Source: Eledone cirrhosa
Lineage: Eukaryota
Reading direction: 5' to 3'
DNA: 64,000 bases
Assembly: GCA_964016885.1 (NCBI GenBank)
Contig: OZ024740.1
Coordinates: 145,824,001-145,888,000, forward strand
Below are positions 10,398 to 25,300 of this stretch, piece by piece. The notes under the pieces were generated by a model. It saw nothing but the letters and a program-made list of their open reading frames with translations. It ran no database searches and was not told the origin of the DNA. Every line of letters begins with the position of its first letter. The first letter of the stretch is position 1. A program made the translations under genes and the position numbers.

Positions 10398-13300
10398 CTG
10401 GAAAAGTAAAAATCAATCAGAATCTTAAATTATTGGTTTTTTTCCTTATATCAAAATGTTACTAAATATGTTTATATAATTAGATTTTCAAATTGATTTC
10501 AACTTAAATATATGACTTGGTTGCTACTGATTAAGACTGATAAAATTTCCATTATAAGTATAGAAAGAAGCAGACATGCAAATTAAGCCAACGAAAGTGT
10601 TTTAATTGGTCTTTCTATTCAGCACTTGATTGGAACTGCTGATTTCTCAGTCAGGCCAGGGCCCATATCTCACTTATATATGATCCCACACAGTACTGTG
10701 TGCTCAGATGGGCTAGCATCTTTCTTACATTATGTTCCAGCGCTCTCCCAAGTCCATTCATCATGGCACTAGCATTAGGGAGGTTGTCATGTCTTTGGCA
10801 TAGCTGATGAGCCCTCTTGACCCTTTTTTTGGTAGGTTTTCTACAGCTGGAAATGTGTACAAATATCATTAAAATTTCTTGCCAGCAAGATAGTGGTAAA
10901 ATAAATAAGATACAATGAAAGACAATGTTTCAATTTAACAAAAAAATGATAAAAATATGGTGGACAAAATCTAATGTAAATGAGACAACTACAAGAAGTT
11001 CCTAGCAAAGAGTAAGCCTCTATATTGAGCTTTTGTTGATCTAGAGGTCTTTGACAAAGTACCACTAGGTGCAGAAGAATGGCTTGTGAGATCAATGCAA
11101 GCATGGAAAACCAGACATAAAATGATGATGATCATCATCCTAATCATTATCATTTTTATGTTGACATTTCCTTACTGACATCAGTTGGACAAGATGTTTT
11201 TGAGGAAGTATTCTACTGCAAGATGCCAGTCCCTAATTATTATTATTATTTTTTTTTGTATAACTATGGCAGTTATTCTATTGAATTTCACATGACAAAT
11301 CATTAAGTACCAGTTGTTTAAGTGGAGACAAACACATGCGCATATAAATTGGATTGGCAGAGTTGCAAAATACCTTGATGTATCTAATTACATTCCTTTG
11401 TGTTCTAAATTCAAATCCCACCCAAGCTTGGGTGGGATTTGAGGTCGATAAAATGAGTATCAGACAAAGTATTGGGGAGAAGATAATTGACGAATACTTG
11501 AAAGCAGTGCTCTAGCTTAGCCACAGTCAAATGATATATAAATTTGTTACTTGATGTTACAGTAAAATAAAATACATATGGGTAATATAATATATTTAAA
11601 AAAACAGAGTAATAGAACTTATGTGTATATTCAGACATATATCTATATACATAACTGAATATGGACATTAGTTCTATTACCCTGTCTACAAAGCCACTAA
11701 TCAATTATGTACTATGTATGTTCCATGAAGATCACAGTATAACAGTGGCTGTAATCAGGTATGCAACACTCTGGTTATGAGATCACTAATCTAGTAACAT
11801 CTGTAGATCACGCCATCTAGCATCGACTGTGAAGGCAGTCGATTAACTGCCCTTAGTTCTGACGTCAGTAGCTGAAACACCAGCTTTTGAACGATGACAC
11901 CTCGGAGTGAATAGACGTGTTTCCACGCAGTGACCCAAAAAGCGATATCACACCATGCGGTCGCGGCAGTATATGTCTCTAGTGGAAGGAAATAAAATAT
12001 ATTCTATGTAAAATACATAAAAGTTCTTCCTTTCTCTTCCTCAATCTCTCAGAAGTGCAAAACCTGAAGTGGATGTTGCCTCATGGTCCCACCAAACAGG
12101 ATTGCAAAGTAAGGGAGATACATTAAAAAGCCAATCAAACTTGTGTATCACATTTTTGCAAATGTTCAACTCTGTTCTGATCGTAGAAAGTAGGCAGGTG
12201 GTTTAAGGATTCAGGTTGCCAGAAGTTTCAACTGTTGAATAAATCTATCATCGTGGAAAAATGGACATTAGACAATGATGATGATGATGGCCCATACTTA
12301 AAAAACTTGCAATCTTCAGTTTCTTGAGCAATGAAATCTGGGTTTGTCACTACATTCACGAAGTTGCTGTGGTAGAAAGTTTTGTTGCATCACAGATGAG
12401 GGGCTGACCACCATGAAATGGGAAAATTGTAATATCTGGTCTGTTGCCATCCCCCAAGTCTAACCTTGCCAATTGAAGCTGCAATGGGAAACCAACAAGT
12501 TTTTCATTTGTTTTAAGTATTACTCACCCAAAAGAGCTAAGTTGTGTTCTGCTCCACAGCGTAACTGTTTAACATTTAAACCTAGATCTTCCACAATGCA
12601 AGGTTTAGGATCACAGTTATTGTAAGAAAGATCTGTGGGTCTACCTAATTGTCCATAATCACAACGACCCCAACTAATTACTTGACGTCTTTCTAAAATA
12701 AAAGCAAAAACAATATAATGGCAGAGGTATATGATATTTAAGTATATGATTATATAACTATGCAAATAAATAAAGATTGCTTCAGTTTACGAGAAGATAT
12801 TAAAAACAAGAATTTTTTTTATAACAAAGAGCAAGCAATAATGAAAGAAAACCTTTTACAAGGTATAATTTGTTGTAGCTTTATAAACAAAAAAGTTATA
12901 CAAAAAAGTTATACAAACTGTTTTTTTTTTTTAAATCAATGCTATATAACTATTTAAATAACAGAAACCAAATCATTTAAATAGTCAGTGGCTTTTAAGC
13001 CATTTCAATGCTTCACAGTAGGTATATAATCCTAAGAAATACTAATATTTGAATATCCTTGCAAAATCAAAGATACTACAATATTGGATAGAAATTATCA
13101 ACCAAATATATGGATTGTAAACATTGTTAAATTATATGTAAAGATATAAAGCCCAATGATACTACAAGAGAGATGTATCTTGTTATTTTGGCAACTTTGC
13201 TTTTTTTTTTAATCCAAAATATTAATCAAAACAAAGCCAGGAGAGAATTTATTGCTAGGAATGTAATATAAACGAATTCAAAGACCCAATCTTTGATGTA

Positions 13301-16300
13301 ATGAGATTAATGATGATAATTAAAACTTTCAGATTGTTCTCTAGTAATATAAACAAGTGATTAAACCCACCAACTTACCTAGTATAAAAATAAGGTGGAA
13401 GTTAATAGTCCACAAAGCAGCAAATTAACAGAGTTGTTAAAATGGTTTGCAGTATTCATTCCTGCTCTGTGCTTTGAGTTCAGATCCCACCAAGGTCAAC
13501 TTTACCTTTCATCCTTTCAAGGCCAATAAATAAAGTACCAGTCCTGTACTAAGGTCATATCTCTCTATCTCTCTCTCTCTCTCTCTCTGTGTGGAAGAAA
13601 TCAACTGTGTTCAGACATGGAGAGGGGATGGACTCTGCCTGGTTTAAAGTGCCCAAGACACCATATATCAATACAGCACCCCTACAACTCCACCAGAAGT
13701 TAAAGGTCCATAAATAATTGCATAAAATTCCACAGAATTTTATTCTTTCATTGTACAACATAATGATTTATTTTAATTTTTATCAAAATCAATTTTTATC
13801 TTTGTCGTTAAAACAGTTAGGTGACTACAATTAAAATTGCTGAACTTAAAGTGTTGCAAATTCTATTTTAAGCATATAAACAAAAAAGTTATACAAACTG
13901 TTTTTTTCAAATTGCTTTCAAATTGTTCAAATTGCTTTCAGTTGATTTCAAATTGCTATTTAAATCATCCTCTATGCTTGATAAGTTAGGTTGCAAATAT
14001 CGAAATAGACTTAGATCAATTCACTAAACTAAAACTCTTACTTACAAAAATTAGCTTAACACATAATCAAAAGAAATCAATATTAATGCTTTCATTTCCA
14101 ATAAAAAACACTGCCTATAATTTTCAAAATAATCAAGAATTTAGATGGATTTAGTAATATAAAGGATTTCCTCATTATTAAATTAATGTTTGGAGTATAA
14201 CTTAAGAAAAGTTTTTATATAAAATTATGAAGGAACCAGAGTGGTTTCAAAAGGGTGAAGCAAAAGAAATGTAATTACCTGTCAGCACTAGGAAATGGGA
14301 CCAACCACTGTATAATTCTTTGATAGTATCATTTTCACTTAATGGAAAGTGAGAGGAGATTTCATAAGGTTCTGTTAACATCTTGACTTCCCTATTTGTA
14401 CTTTGGCCATATTTATTGCAGCCCCAAACATAAATACTGCCATCCTCTATAAAATAGCACATTGAAGATTAAAATACTTCATGGTAATTAACAATATAAC
14501 ATAAGTTAGCCGTAAATAACTTTTAATATCAAAACTTTTACAATGAATAAACTACTAAAAAAGAAAATAAGGGGGGGGGGTGTGAGGAAGAAAAAAGGGT
14601 GGGAAGAAGACCCACACATTTGGTTACATATCACAGGGGGTACTAATAATTTTTTGGGGTAAGCCTATATAATTACTATTACTTACTTAATAAAGCTCCG
14701 CTGTGAAAAGCTCCAGCAACCAAAGACTGTACACCACTGATGCCATTCACTAAATAAATAAAAAAAGAAACATAAATTTAAAAAAATATTTTTCCTCAGT
14801 TTTTATTTTATTTATTATCATTTTTTATTTTTGTATTTGAAAAATGTTCAAGTATATGTTCCAAAAGCAAGACTCTTTCTTTTCATATAGACAGATATCT
14901 TATTGCTAACTATTCTATTCTGAATTAAGAGTAATACTTATTTTATAGTTCATTAGTCTCAAGCAGTGACAGTAAAAGTGCCCAGAGCACACAACAAGGT
15001 TTCCTTTCCTGAGTGGAGCCATTTCATTTACAATGCAAATACATTTGGGAAAGACATAAATGTTACAAATTCCCATATATCATCTATTCTCAAAGTTTAA
15101 GGTTTACTTTGCTAGTTTGGAGAATGATAAGTCTACTATATTCTTATATTTTTTCCAGATTGCAGCCATGCATGTAGGGGCTCTACCTTCAAAGGTTTAG
15201 CTGAGCATATCAACTGAAGTACTTATTTTATCAATTTCTAATAGTTGAACTGGTAAATCGTGGCATAAATAACAATAGTTTCTCTATGGGTGTAAACACA
15301 CACACACACACACACGTCTACCAAATTTCACTCACAAAATATTGGGCTATCAAAGCTAATAGCCAGAAATTGCCCTTTGTTCTACAATACCTAGATGTTT
15401 GCTGTAAAATATATATATTTATCTAAAAATGTTCCTTCATAATTTTATGTAAGAACCTTTAAGATATGTCCCAAGCTGCAGTTTAATAATGAGAAAGTTA
15501 GTTATATAACTAAATCCCTAAATTCTTGATTACTTTCAAAATTATTTGAAAATCATAATCTCTGTCTTTCATTAGAAATATGGTAACGAAAGGGTTAACT
15601 TACATTTTTTGGGCTTCTCTAATTTGATTGGTAGATTCTCAGAGATTTTAATTCCTAGTTGACCTTTCCTTCCAGCACCCCAAACAAAAACATCACCTGA
15701 AACTGTGTTCAAAAGATTTCTTTGTAAAATGTTATAAACATTAAAATAAATTAAACTCACCAAATTTAACTCTTAACATCTTGCAATGATTTAGGAGAAA
15801 ATATCTAAAAATGAGTTTGTCAATCCAAATGTTTATAGTATCCTTTATTAGTGAACAGATTGTGAAAATTTGCTCTATGAAAGTAAAGACTTTAATTTTT
15901 AATGCAAGCACAGAAAAACGGACTGATGATTTTCAAGAATGTCTTGCGATAAAGACAAATTTTTAGATATATCTAACTTATAGAAAAATAATTTGTGTTA
16001 ATTTAACTATTTTTACTAAACCTTTTTGTTCATTTGTTAGTTGAAACAGTTGACTCCTCTCACTTGCAATGTCTTCTTCATAATCCCTATGAGACCTAAT
16101 TGAAATTAAAAGAATACCTGGAAGAGAATTAACAGGTGATATTCTCAGAAACGTGGTGCTAACAAATCCAAAGACCCAAGTTTCAATCATGCAACAATGC
16201 AGAGAAAGTCAATTATATTGATGTAGTAGTACATGGCCAGTACTTTATTTTATTGACTTTGGCATGATTTTAACTCACTCTAACGATTCTGCCTATCCAC

Positions 16301-19300
16301 AGCTCTTAATGAACCTCTGTTGATTTTGATGATGAGTGTTCCAGTTCTTTGATCAAAGGAATAGCTAGCTAATGAAATTAATGTATATGTAGCTGAGTAT
16401 TCCACAGGCATATGTACCCTTAACATAATTCTCAGGGAGATTCAGCATGACACAGTGAGCGACAAGAATTATAGGTACAACTCATTTTTGCTAGATGAGT
16501 GGACTGAACCAATGTTAGATAAAGTATCTTGCTGAAGGACACAATGCACTACCAGGAACTGAACTCATGACCTTAGGCTTATAAGCCAAAAACCTTAACC
16601 ACTTAGCCAGGCACTTTCACACAGTATTTACAATAATAATCTTGTTAATACTCATATACTTTATTTATTTAAACTCTAATGTATGTAAGCTCAAATTTAC
16701 TATTACATTTAGTCATATCTATATAACTGCTTTACATCTATTTTTTAAGTCTATTCAATCAAAGCTAACTTCGGCCTAAATAAACAACTATTTTTCTAAG
16801 AATGCATGAATAAAATGGTGCTGTTTTCATAGAATTGTTTTTACAACTAGATACTCTTTCTATTGCAAACCACTGAACCATGAAGTAAGACTTGAGCAAA
16901 CAAAATTATATGGTATGCTCAAACAGAGCAATGTCGAATGTAAGATTTGAACTTATAACCATATGATTAGTAATGCAGCTCTTCAGCCTCACATCTACTG
17001 TGCCTCGCCTAGATGAAAGATATGAATGAGGTAATATTTCAAAAATTTAACATCTCATTATCTTAGTTATTTAGAATTAATCAATAGAACAACAAAGCAT
17101 GGATGAGCTGAGAGAGAGAAACTGAATGTAAGAGTAATCAGATGTAGTGTACAAGAGAGAAGGCTCACTGGTATGGACACTTGATGCATTTGGACGATGA
17201 TCGTTGGGTTATGAAGTGCCAAGAAATTTAAATGGAAGGAAGCAGCAGTAGAGGGAGAGCAAGGAAGACCTGGGCAGAGGTTGTGAGAGTTCATTTACAA
17301 ATCACTGAACCTCACATGAAAATGACAAAGGACTGCAATGAGTGGAAGGATTCTGCACTGGAAAAGACCTGTCCAACCAAGCATAGAAAAGCAAACTAAA
17401 ACAATGATGATAATGATGACTTTCAAAGATATTTCCTTAAAGAAAATTATGTAAGGATTTATCAAAACATGTTGAAATAAAATATTCAAGGCATATTGAA
17501 TTTATTTCCTATAAAAATAGTTTATGCCACTTTACTTGTCAATGCCATGCTGTGTCTCATTCCAGCCACAATGTGGGACACCATACATGAGCTGTCTTTC
17601 TCAGTATCACCATCTTCTGCTTTAATGAATATTTCAATCTGGAATTTAATCAGTATGCCACATAAACCAATATTTTCTAAAAATCAACAAAGTAATAACA
17701 ATTTTTAAAAAATAAATATAGGGGAACTGTAATAAAAACTAATAAAAGATTTAGAACTTTGGAAATATGCCATGCAAACATCAATTCACTATCTTATGAT
17801 ACTAACTTGCCCAAAACTGCCTCTGGTTCTCTCACACAAAATAATACATTTTAAAGAGTATCTACATAAATTTTAATTTTCCAACATAATTTGACAGAAC
17901 CTTTTGTTAAATTATATTCCAAATACTATCTTAATGAAATAACTATTTTAGTAAATTCCTCCAAATTCTTCATTAATTAAAATTCAATGTGTGTGTGTGT
18001 GAAAGAGAGAGGGAGAGAGAGAGAGGCAGAGAAAGAGAGAGAGAGGGGGGGGGGGGGGCATCATAGGGACATTTCTTGGCATTTTAAACTCAGCGGAGCC
18101 GATCTCTCTCCAAGTCTGAACACAGCTGATTTCTTCTAGAGAAGAAAAGAGAGAGTGATAGAGAGGAAGTGAGAAAGAGTTATAGAGGAAAAATCGACCA
18201 CAGTACTGGACTGATACTTTTTTATCAACCTCAAAGGGATCAAATACAGTGTGTTTCATTATAAATATGGTAATGAAAAGATTAGGTTGGTCAGCACAAT
18301 AAGCTTTTAACTTATTTAAATGTATGCCATTGACTCACTTGAGTTATTTTGTATTATTTTTTTCATTATGCAAATTATACTGGCCAGAAATCTTTGTATC
18401 TTTTCTCTCACTCTGTGTATGTGTGTGTGCGTATATATATATATATAAGGGAAAAATTAGAAATAAGAGGGATCAGATGTTGTTTACTCAAGAGAAGACT
18501 ACGTTTGTACGGTCACGTGATGCGCATGAAAGACGACATCTGTATAAAAAAGTGCAGGGCAATAAAAATAGACGGTAGCCATGGAGTAGGCAGACCCAGA
18601 AAAACCTGGGACGACTTAATAAATTCCGACCTCACACACTTACACCTCTCCAAGACAATGTCACTGGACCGAGATCTTTGGCGCTACACAGTAATACAGA
18701 AGACCCGCCTTACCTAAGTACAAAGTGAAACCTACTACAGTCAGTAGGCACCTCTAACAAAAATACACCCCCGTCCCACTACCCCCACCCCATCCACACC
18801 ACCCCTTTCAATGTAAAGTTATGTTGGTACCACAACATCCAGTCCGAAACAAATGAGGCCGTGTAGGTGTCACAACAAAAAAAACACACAGTCCACGCTG
18901 TAATGTGGCCGTATAGGTAACACGGTAAAAACCTCCCAGTCCACACTGTAAACGTGGTTGGTGTTAGGAAGGGCATCCAGCCGTAGAAAACCCGCCAGAC
19001 AGTCCTATGCGAGCAAGACAACCACTCTTGCCTCAAGTGGGAAAACTCCCGTCCAAACTCATGCAAGCGTGGAAGATGGACGTTAAACGATGATGATGAT
19101 GATGATACTGTCAACTGCTCAAAGCAGGCTTCAGTAGATTATTCAATGCTAATGAGGTCCATTAAGATCAAAATATAGCTATATGTGTTCCCCTTTTGAC
19201 TGCAAACAAGGAACAAATTTATTTCATGAAATTAATTCTTTTCTCGAAATTATCTTGTTTTCTTTGTTATTAACAATAACCACTAACTTTCTGTTTTCTT

Positions 19301-22300
19301 TCTATAACTTAAAGTGAAATTTTAACTAATTAAGACTTATTTATGTATGTTATTCAGTACATCCCTTTAACTTATTTAAATAAAGATTAGGTACTTACTG
19401 GATGGAGTGACTTAATAATGCCAGTGACTCCAAGTTGACCAAAGCTGTTAGAGCCCCACGTAAAAACACGGCTTTCATCTATTGTAAAGGAAAATTATTG
19501 CTTAATGAAAGGAAATCAAAACTATTCAAGTAATTTTGTAGCAGAGAGGCAGAGTGTGCATGCACATTTGAGAGAGAGAAAGACATTGTTTTATATTATA
19601 TATTAAGGTTGTAACTAACCTGTAAGTACTATAGAGAAATCCCAGCCAGCTGTAACTTGTGTTATTTTATAACATGAAAGGCCATTGACTTTAAGGAAGT
19701 AACCATATGTTTTGTCATTTTGACAACATTCTTCTTTACTAATAGAGCCTGACGAATATACAAGTCCATTCTCTGCAAGAAAAAACAAACACTTCAATTT
19801 AAAATTGTATATAATGTATGAACACATAACTCTCGATGGAGCACCGTTATGGTATACAATGTGTTTTGGGCACTTTAAAAATGATGGAACCCATCCCTTC
19901 TCAACACACATCATTTTTTTCCAGAAAGAATAAAGAGAATGTGAAAGAGAGGTAGATGAGAAAGATATATAATGAAAGAATCAATCCCAATACTGGACTG
20001 ATACTTTATTTATTGACCTCAAAAGAATGAAAGGCAAAGCTGACCTCAGCAAGTTTTGAAGTAATACCCCAGCATTGTAATGACTCTGCCAATTCACAGG
20101 CATTTGTATTTTACTTATTTAAAGTTAAATAGTCTGAAATACAAGAAGAAACCATAATACATTTTTCTAAGATCTTCCATCTTGTTTATATGATTGCCTT
20201 TCCCTGTGTTGTTCTGTACTTTACAAGTGTCATCCCAAACTACAACCTTTCAAATATTCATTAACTGAAACTCCAACTGTCATGCATGACACTTTTCACA
20301 GAAACAGTAAAATAAATAGCTGTAGTTGTTTATCAAGCAGTCTTATAGTAAGCAGGTAGTTAAAAAATTGTATGACAGACAGATCCATCTTCCTAGTTAT
20401 ACCATATCTTCACCAAGCTGGGGACCATACTGCATCATCTGACAAGCAAGAAGCAATCATAATGACATTGAGAATAGCTGTTAGTAAATGCTAGTGGAAG
20501 GGAGGGGCATGGGGTAGGTCAGGTCAGGTCACTGCAGGTTGGTTCTTCCATACTGCATAGTGCCAGCCCTCATGGTCTTTGGTCATTTCTGTTGTGAGGT
20601 TTGATTTTTTTAGGTCAGTCTTCCCAAGCTAGGTTGGATATAATAAAAAATATAATCATTTCTTTCATGAATGCAAAAGAGCATATATTTTAAAATATAT
20701 AAATCAAAACATTCTTTCATGTAGAATGACCTGTTTCAGCTAGAACTAAGTCACATATGAAAATACAAAAGGAGAATGTTAGTATTACAGAAATAAACTG
20801 GACCAGAATTTTACATCAGCTGATAGGATCATTTTAGAATTAAACTTAGATTTGCATTCTTAACTATTTGATGCTAGACTTCTCTTCCAGAAATGTTTTC
20901 ATTAACAATTAGGTCAAGCTTTCTTGGATTTGTATGACCTGAGCCTCCATGCATCTCAATCTTCCATGGCATGTGGCAGTTGATTTCAATGTTATTCAGT
21001 GTTGTCTTAACGGAATAACATATATCTTCATAGGGTGACCCATACAATTAAACCATGGCAAGGTGTCCTAAGTAGAGTGTCAATAACAAGTGCCTCCTTA
21101 CTTCTCCAGCAGTGCCCAGCAAAGTCAACCACTTCTTTTTCTAATGGTGTATGATACTTTAAGTAGCTTATCATATAATATTTCTTTGGTATGGGTTTGT
21201 TCCAGAAACACATTCAAAATGTGTGCATGGGCACCTCCATAGAGAACTGCAAACTTCAAGGGAAAATTAGATATGCAGGCTAAGTGACTAGAATTTTAAA
21301 TCTCTTGTCCATGACAGAATACATTTCAGACAATTTGGAAAACCAACTCAACAATGTTGGATCTTATGAAACAATCATCAGTTAGAAAAAGCATCTGCTG
21401 CCCAGAGCATTGAATTGTACCTCTTCATTTTTTCTATTTACAGCAAAGTTGATTCAGTGAAAGTGATTTGTTTTTGCCAAGGACAAAGAGCATCAGTCAT
21501 CAGCTTAGTGTTGATGCTTTATTAACTTACATAGCTCTCTATTGCTGCATATATATATATATATATATATTGATTTGAACTCGGGAATTTTATATTCTCC
21601 GAGCGAGAAGAACCTTCTGACGAAAATCCCCTTCTCAATGGTGGTCTGCCTGGATTATCCATTTATTTGGGGATTTGAAACCGCGCGGTAAGAGTACATA
21701 TAGTAAATACAGCGAACTTTTTAAAATTTATTTAAAAACTTTTTCTCTATTTGCTAAACCTTGATTTTATATTTTCTGGCTCGTTAATTTATTAACCTGC
21801 CATAGAACCACATTGGCATACGGTTGGATAATACTTGTATCTCTATATGTATTTTTTACACGTAGGAACACATACTTTATTATTATTAATCTCCCCTAAG
21901 GTTGAGATAAAATTTTGGTCGTTTGAACTGCTGCTATTTCTAGTGGCAGGACATTGACCTGTCCGCCCTTGCCTTCTGTCTTTACACACGGCACTAGACA
22001 GAATTGGTCCCTTCCTCATTCACTCTCATCTGGGAACAGTTTTGTATGGCGCCAGTTTGTGATTTGAACTCGGGAATTTTATATTCTCCGAGCGAGAACC
22101 TTCTGACGAGAGTCCCCTTCTCAATGGTGATCCGCCTGGATTATCCATTTATTTTGGGATTTGAAACCGTGCGGTAAGGGTACATATAGTAAGTACAGCA
22201 AACTTTTAAAAATTTATTTTAAAACTTTTTCTCTATTTGCTAAACCTTGATTATATATATATATATATATATATATAAAGGTTTAGTTAAATAAAGATAC

Positions 22301-25300
22301 AGATACTTACTAGTGATTATTAAAGAATGACCACCACCTCCAGTAATAGATAAAATGTCTTCAAATGAACAAGTACTATGTATATTCTCAGTAGGAACAA
22401 TGAGATCATCTGACCGTCCTTGAGCTAGTTGGCCATGGCTGTTTGATCCCTATAATACAGAACAAAAATTCAGATAATTAAATAACACCCTTTTAGATAA
22501 ATTCTTAATTAAACATTAACAGCCCACACTGTGAAGTAGTAGTGCTTGTGTCACAATAAATTTACTAACCCTACTCTATAAAGTGGCAGTACAGGTGCCA
22601 CAGTAAAATGCACCCTACCCAGATTGTAAAGTGGTAGGGCTGGTGCCACAATAATAAAGCACCCAGTCTACCTTATCAGTGGATAGTGGTGGTGCCTCAA
22701 TGAAACACATCTGGTACACACCATGAAGTGGTTGGCATTAGGGAGGGTATCTAGCCATAGAAACCATGCTAAAAATGGAACATATGAGTGACACATGGTT
22801 ACCTGACTTGTCTAGCCTCAAAACATGACAATCTGTCTTATGCATCAAGCATGGAAAATAGATATTAAACGATGATGATGATGATGTAATTCAAATTATG
22901 TATATAATTAGTAATTACTGATACAAAGATATTACCAAACTTTATTTGAATTTTAGATGATTTATCATCACTTGTTTCATGTGTGTGTGTGTCTTTTTTT
23001 ATTTTATTTATTTTTTTAGCAAGAGACTCCTAGTCTTCGTTAAAACATCTCTCTTGGAGAAGGTCACTCTGAAATAAAACCTGCAACTTTGTTTGCATCC
23101 AATGATGTAGACCAGTTCTTCTTTTGAGGCAAATGCATTTGATGTTCAGAGAGTGAGATTGGCCCTGTGCAAAGCCTTTCCTCATTTAAAAAAGCTTTGA
23201 GCACTGACATCGCTTGATATGTGACATTTTTTGTGATGCATAGTATTGCTGGCCCAGGCAAGTCCCTAGCAGGACAAAAAAGCCACGTCCGTGATATTCA
23301 TGCTTAAATATCAACCGATGACATTGCTTGAAATCAAGGTGCAGCCATCATGTATGTATGTATGTTGGACCTCTATCAATTTTGATGAAGAATGTTCCAA
23401 TTGTTCAATCAACAGGCCTACTCATGAAATTAACATGCAAGTGGCTGAGCATTCTGCAAAAACATGCAACCATAACATAATTCTCATGAGATTTAGCATG
23501 ACACAGTGTGTGAGAAGGCTGGCTTTTTGAATTACAAGTACAACTCATTTTCTCAAACTGTGTCAAATGGAGTAATGGGAAATAAAGTGTTTTGCTCAAG
23601 GAGACAATGCACGACTTGATCAGAGAATCAAACTCACAACTAAGCCATATGCCTTCACAGTACAATAATATGTATGAATGTGTGAGTGTGTGTAAAGAAG
23701 GCCTTGTGTATACAATTTAGAATAGGTACATCATATCCCTGTGTGACTTAAGAAGTGACTAAAAGGGTTCGTGTCAGGAATCAGGAAGGCCATCCAGCTA
23801 AAACATTGCCTCAAAAGTCCTGTCCAACCCATGCCAGCATGGAAAAAGTGATGTAAAAAAAAGATGATGATATATATCATCATCATCATCATCATCATCA
23901 TTTTACGTCCGCTTTTCCCTGCTTGCAAGGGTGGGACGGGTCTTATTCAGCATCTCTCCACTCGTCACGGTCCCTCGTCATCTCCACCGTGAGCTTCAAT
24001 GATCTGAGATCTGTTCTCACCACCTCCGCCCATGTTTTTCGTGGTCTACCTCTACCACATCTTCCTTCAACTGGCAATTCCTGGCACTTCTTCACCCATC
24101 GGTCATCCTCCATGCGCATCACATGTCCATACCTCCTCAGTCTCCTCTCTCGCACACTACATTCTATCCCTCTCAGACACAGTTTCTCTCTCAACACATT
24201 TAAGCTGGGTCGTTCACGCATATTTACACTGCACATCCAACGTTTTCTTTTGCAAATTTATATTCAATAATTCTAATGCCTCCAAAGATTGTTTTCAATG
24301 TAAAAACTCAAATGTGGTAGTTTATATCAATAAAAAATATCCCAATTTTGACAAACCAAAATACTAATAAAAATATCATCATAAAGGTAAAACTATTTAA
24401 AATATGAACTATTAATTTTACTTATGTCAATTTTCAAATTCCATAAAAAGCCGACTTTGTATCATGATGTACACCTAAAAATCTTTTGGACCATTAGGTA
24501 CATTTATGAGTTTTGGGGGTTGTTGTTTTTTTAGTTCCACATTAGTCCTAAAATAGAGTAGACCTATGACCAAAGGTATTCCAGCTGTGACCATCTTGTC
24601 TAGATATCAGACAGTGTCATTATAACTACATTCTTCAATGTGTTCTTTTTTTAAGATACCAGTGGGGATTGAGGAAGATTTGATTGCTATTTCTAGCATG
24701 TCGGGTAGCTACATAAAATAGAAAGAACCCCTTAAAAAGAAACTCTTGGTGTTCAATGAAAGATACTTATATTTATACATAAACATTGGTTTCTTATAAA
24801 ATCAGAAAACAGTACAGCTCCCATGACTTTTGGAAACATTTTTTCACACTGAACAAACTACTTGCATCAGTTGTTAGCTGTTGGGACACTGCATCCTTTA
24901 AAACTTCCATGCTTCCCAAAATTCGCTAATACTACATCTGATATTCCCCCTCCATACACATGCATGTTTGTCTATGTGCTTATCATGACTCATACACTGT
25001 TCACTTACCTGACATTTGTACATTATTCTATGTACTATACATGCACCTTTGATAAGTTGTAGTGCACCTGAGCACTGTACACTAATTTCATTATTATTAT
25101 TATAAAAGAAAGAGCACTATATATAATACTTTTCGTTATCATTAATATTATTTTTATTTCATAACTCTGGAGCACTCATATGTAAGGAATCTATATCAAT
25201 GACCTTTCAGTATCATAATCTTAGTGAGCTTGTTTTCATTTAAACCCATGTCTAATGTAATAAGGTCAATATTATATAAAGTAATACATACTTACTACAT

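Larger units (their letters stand above)
21571..22252 (+). mobile_element. Non-coding retrozyme-like element: about 195-bp direct repeats (21571..21766, 22060..22252), each with a hammerhead, flanked by (TA)n
   Basis: Near-identical direct repeats with 489-bp period; (TA)n on both sides; no ORF. Confidence 0.85.
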
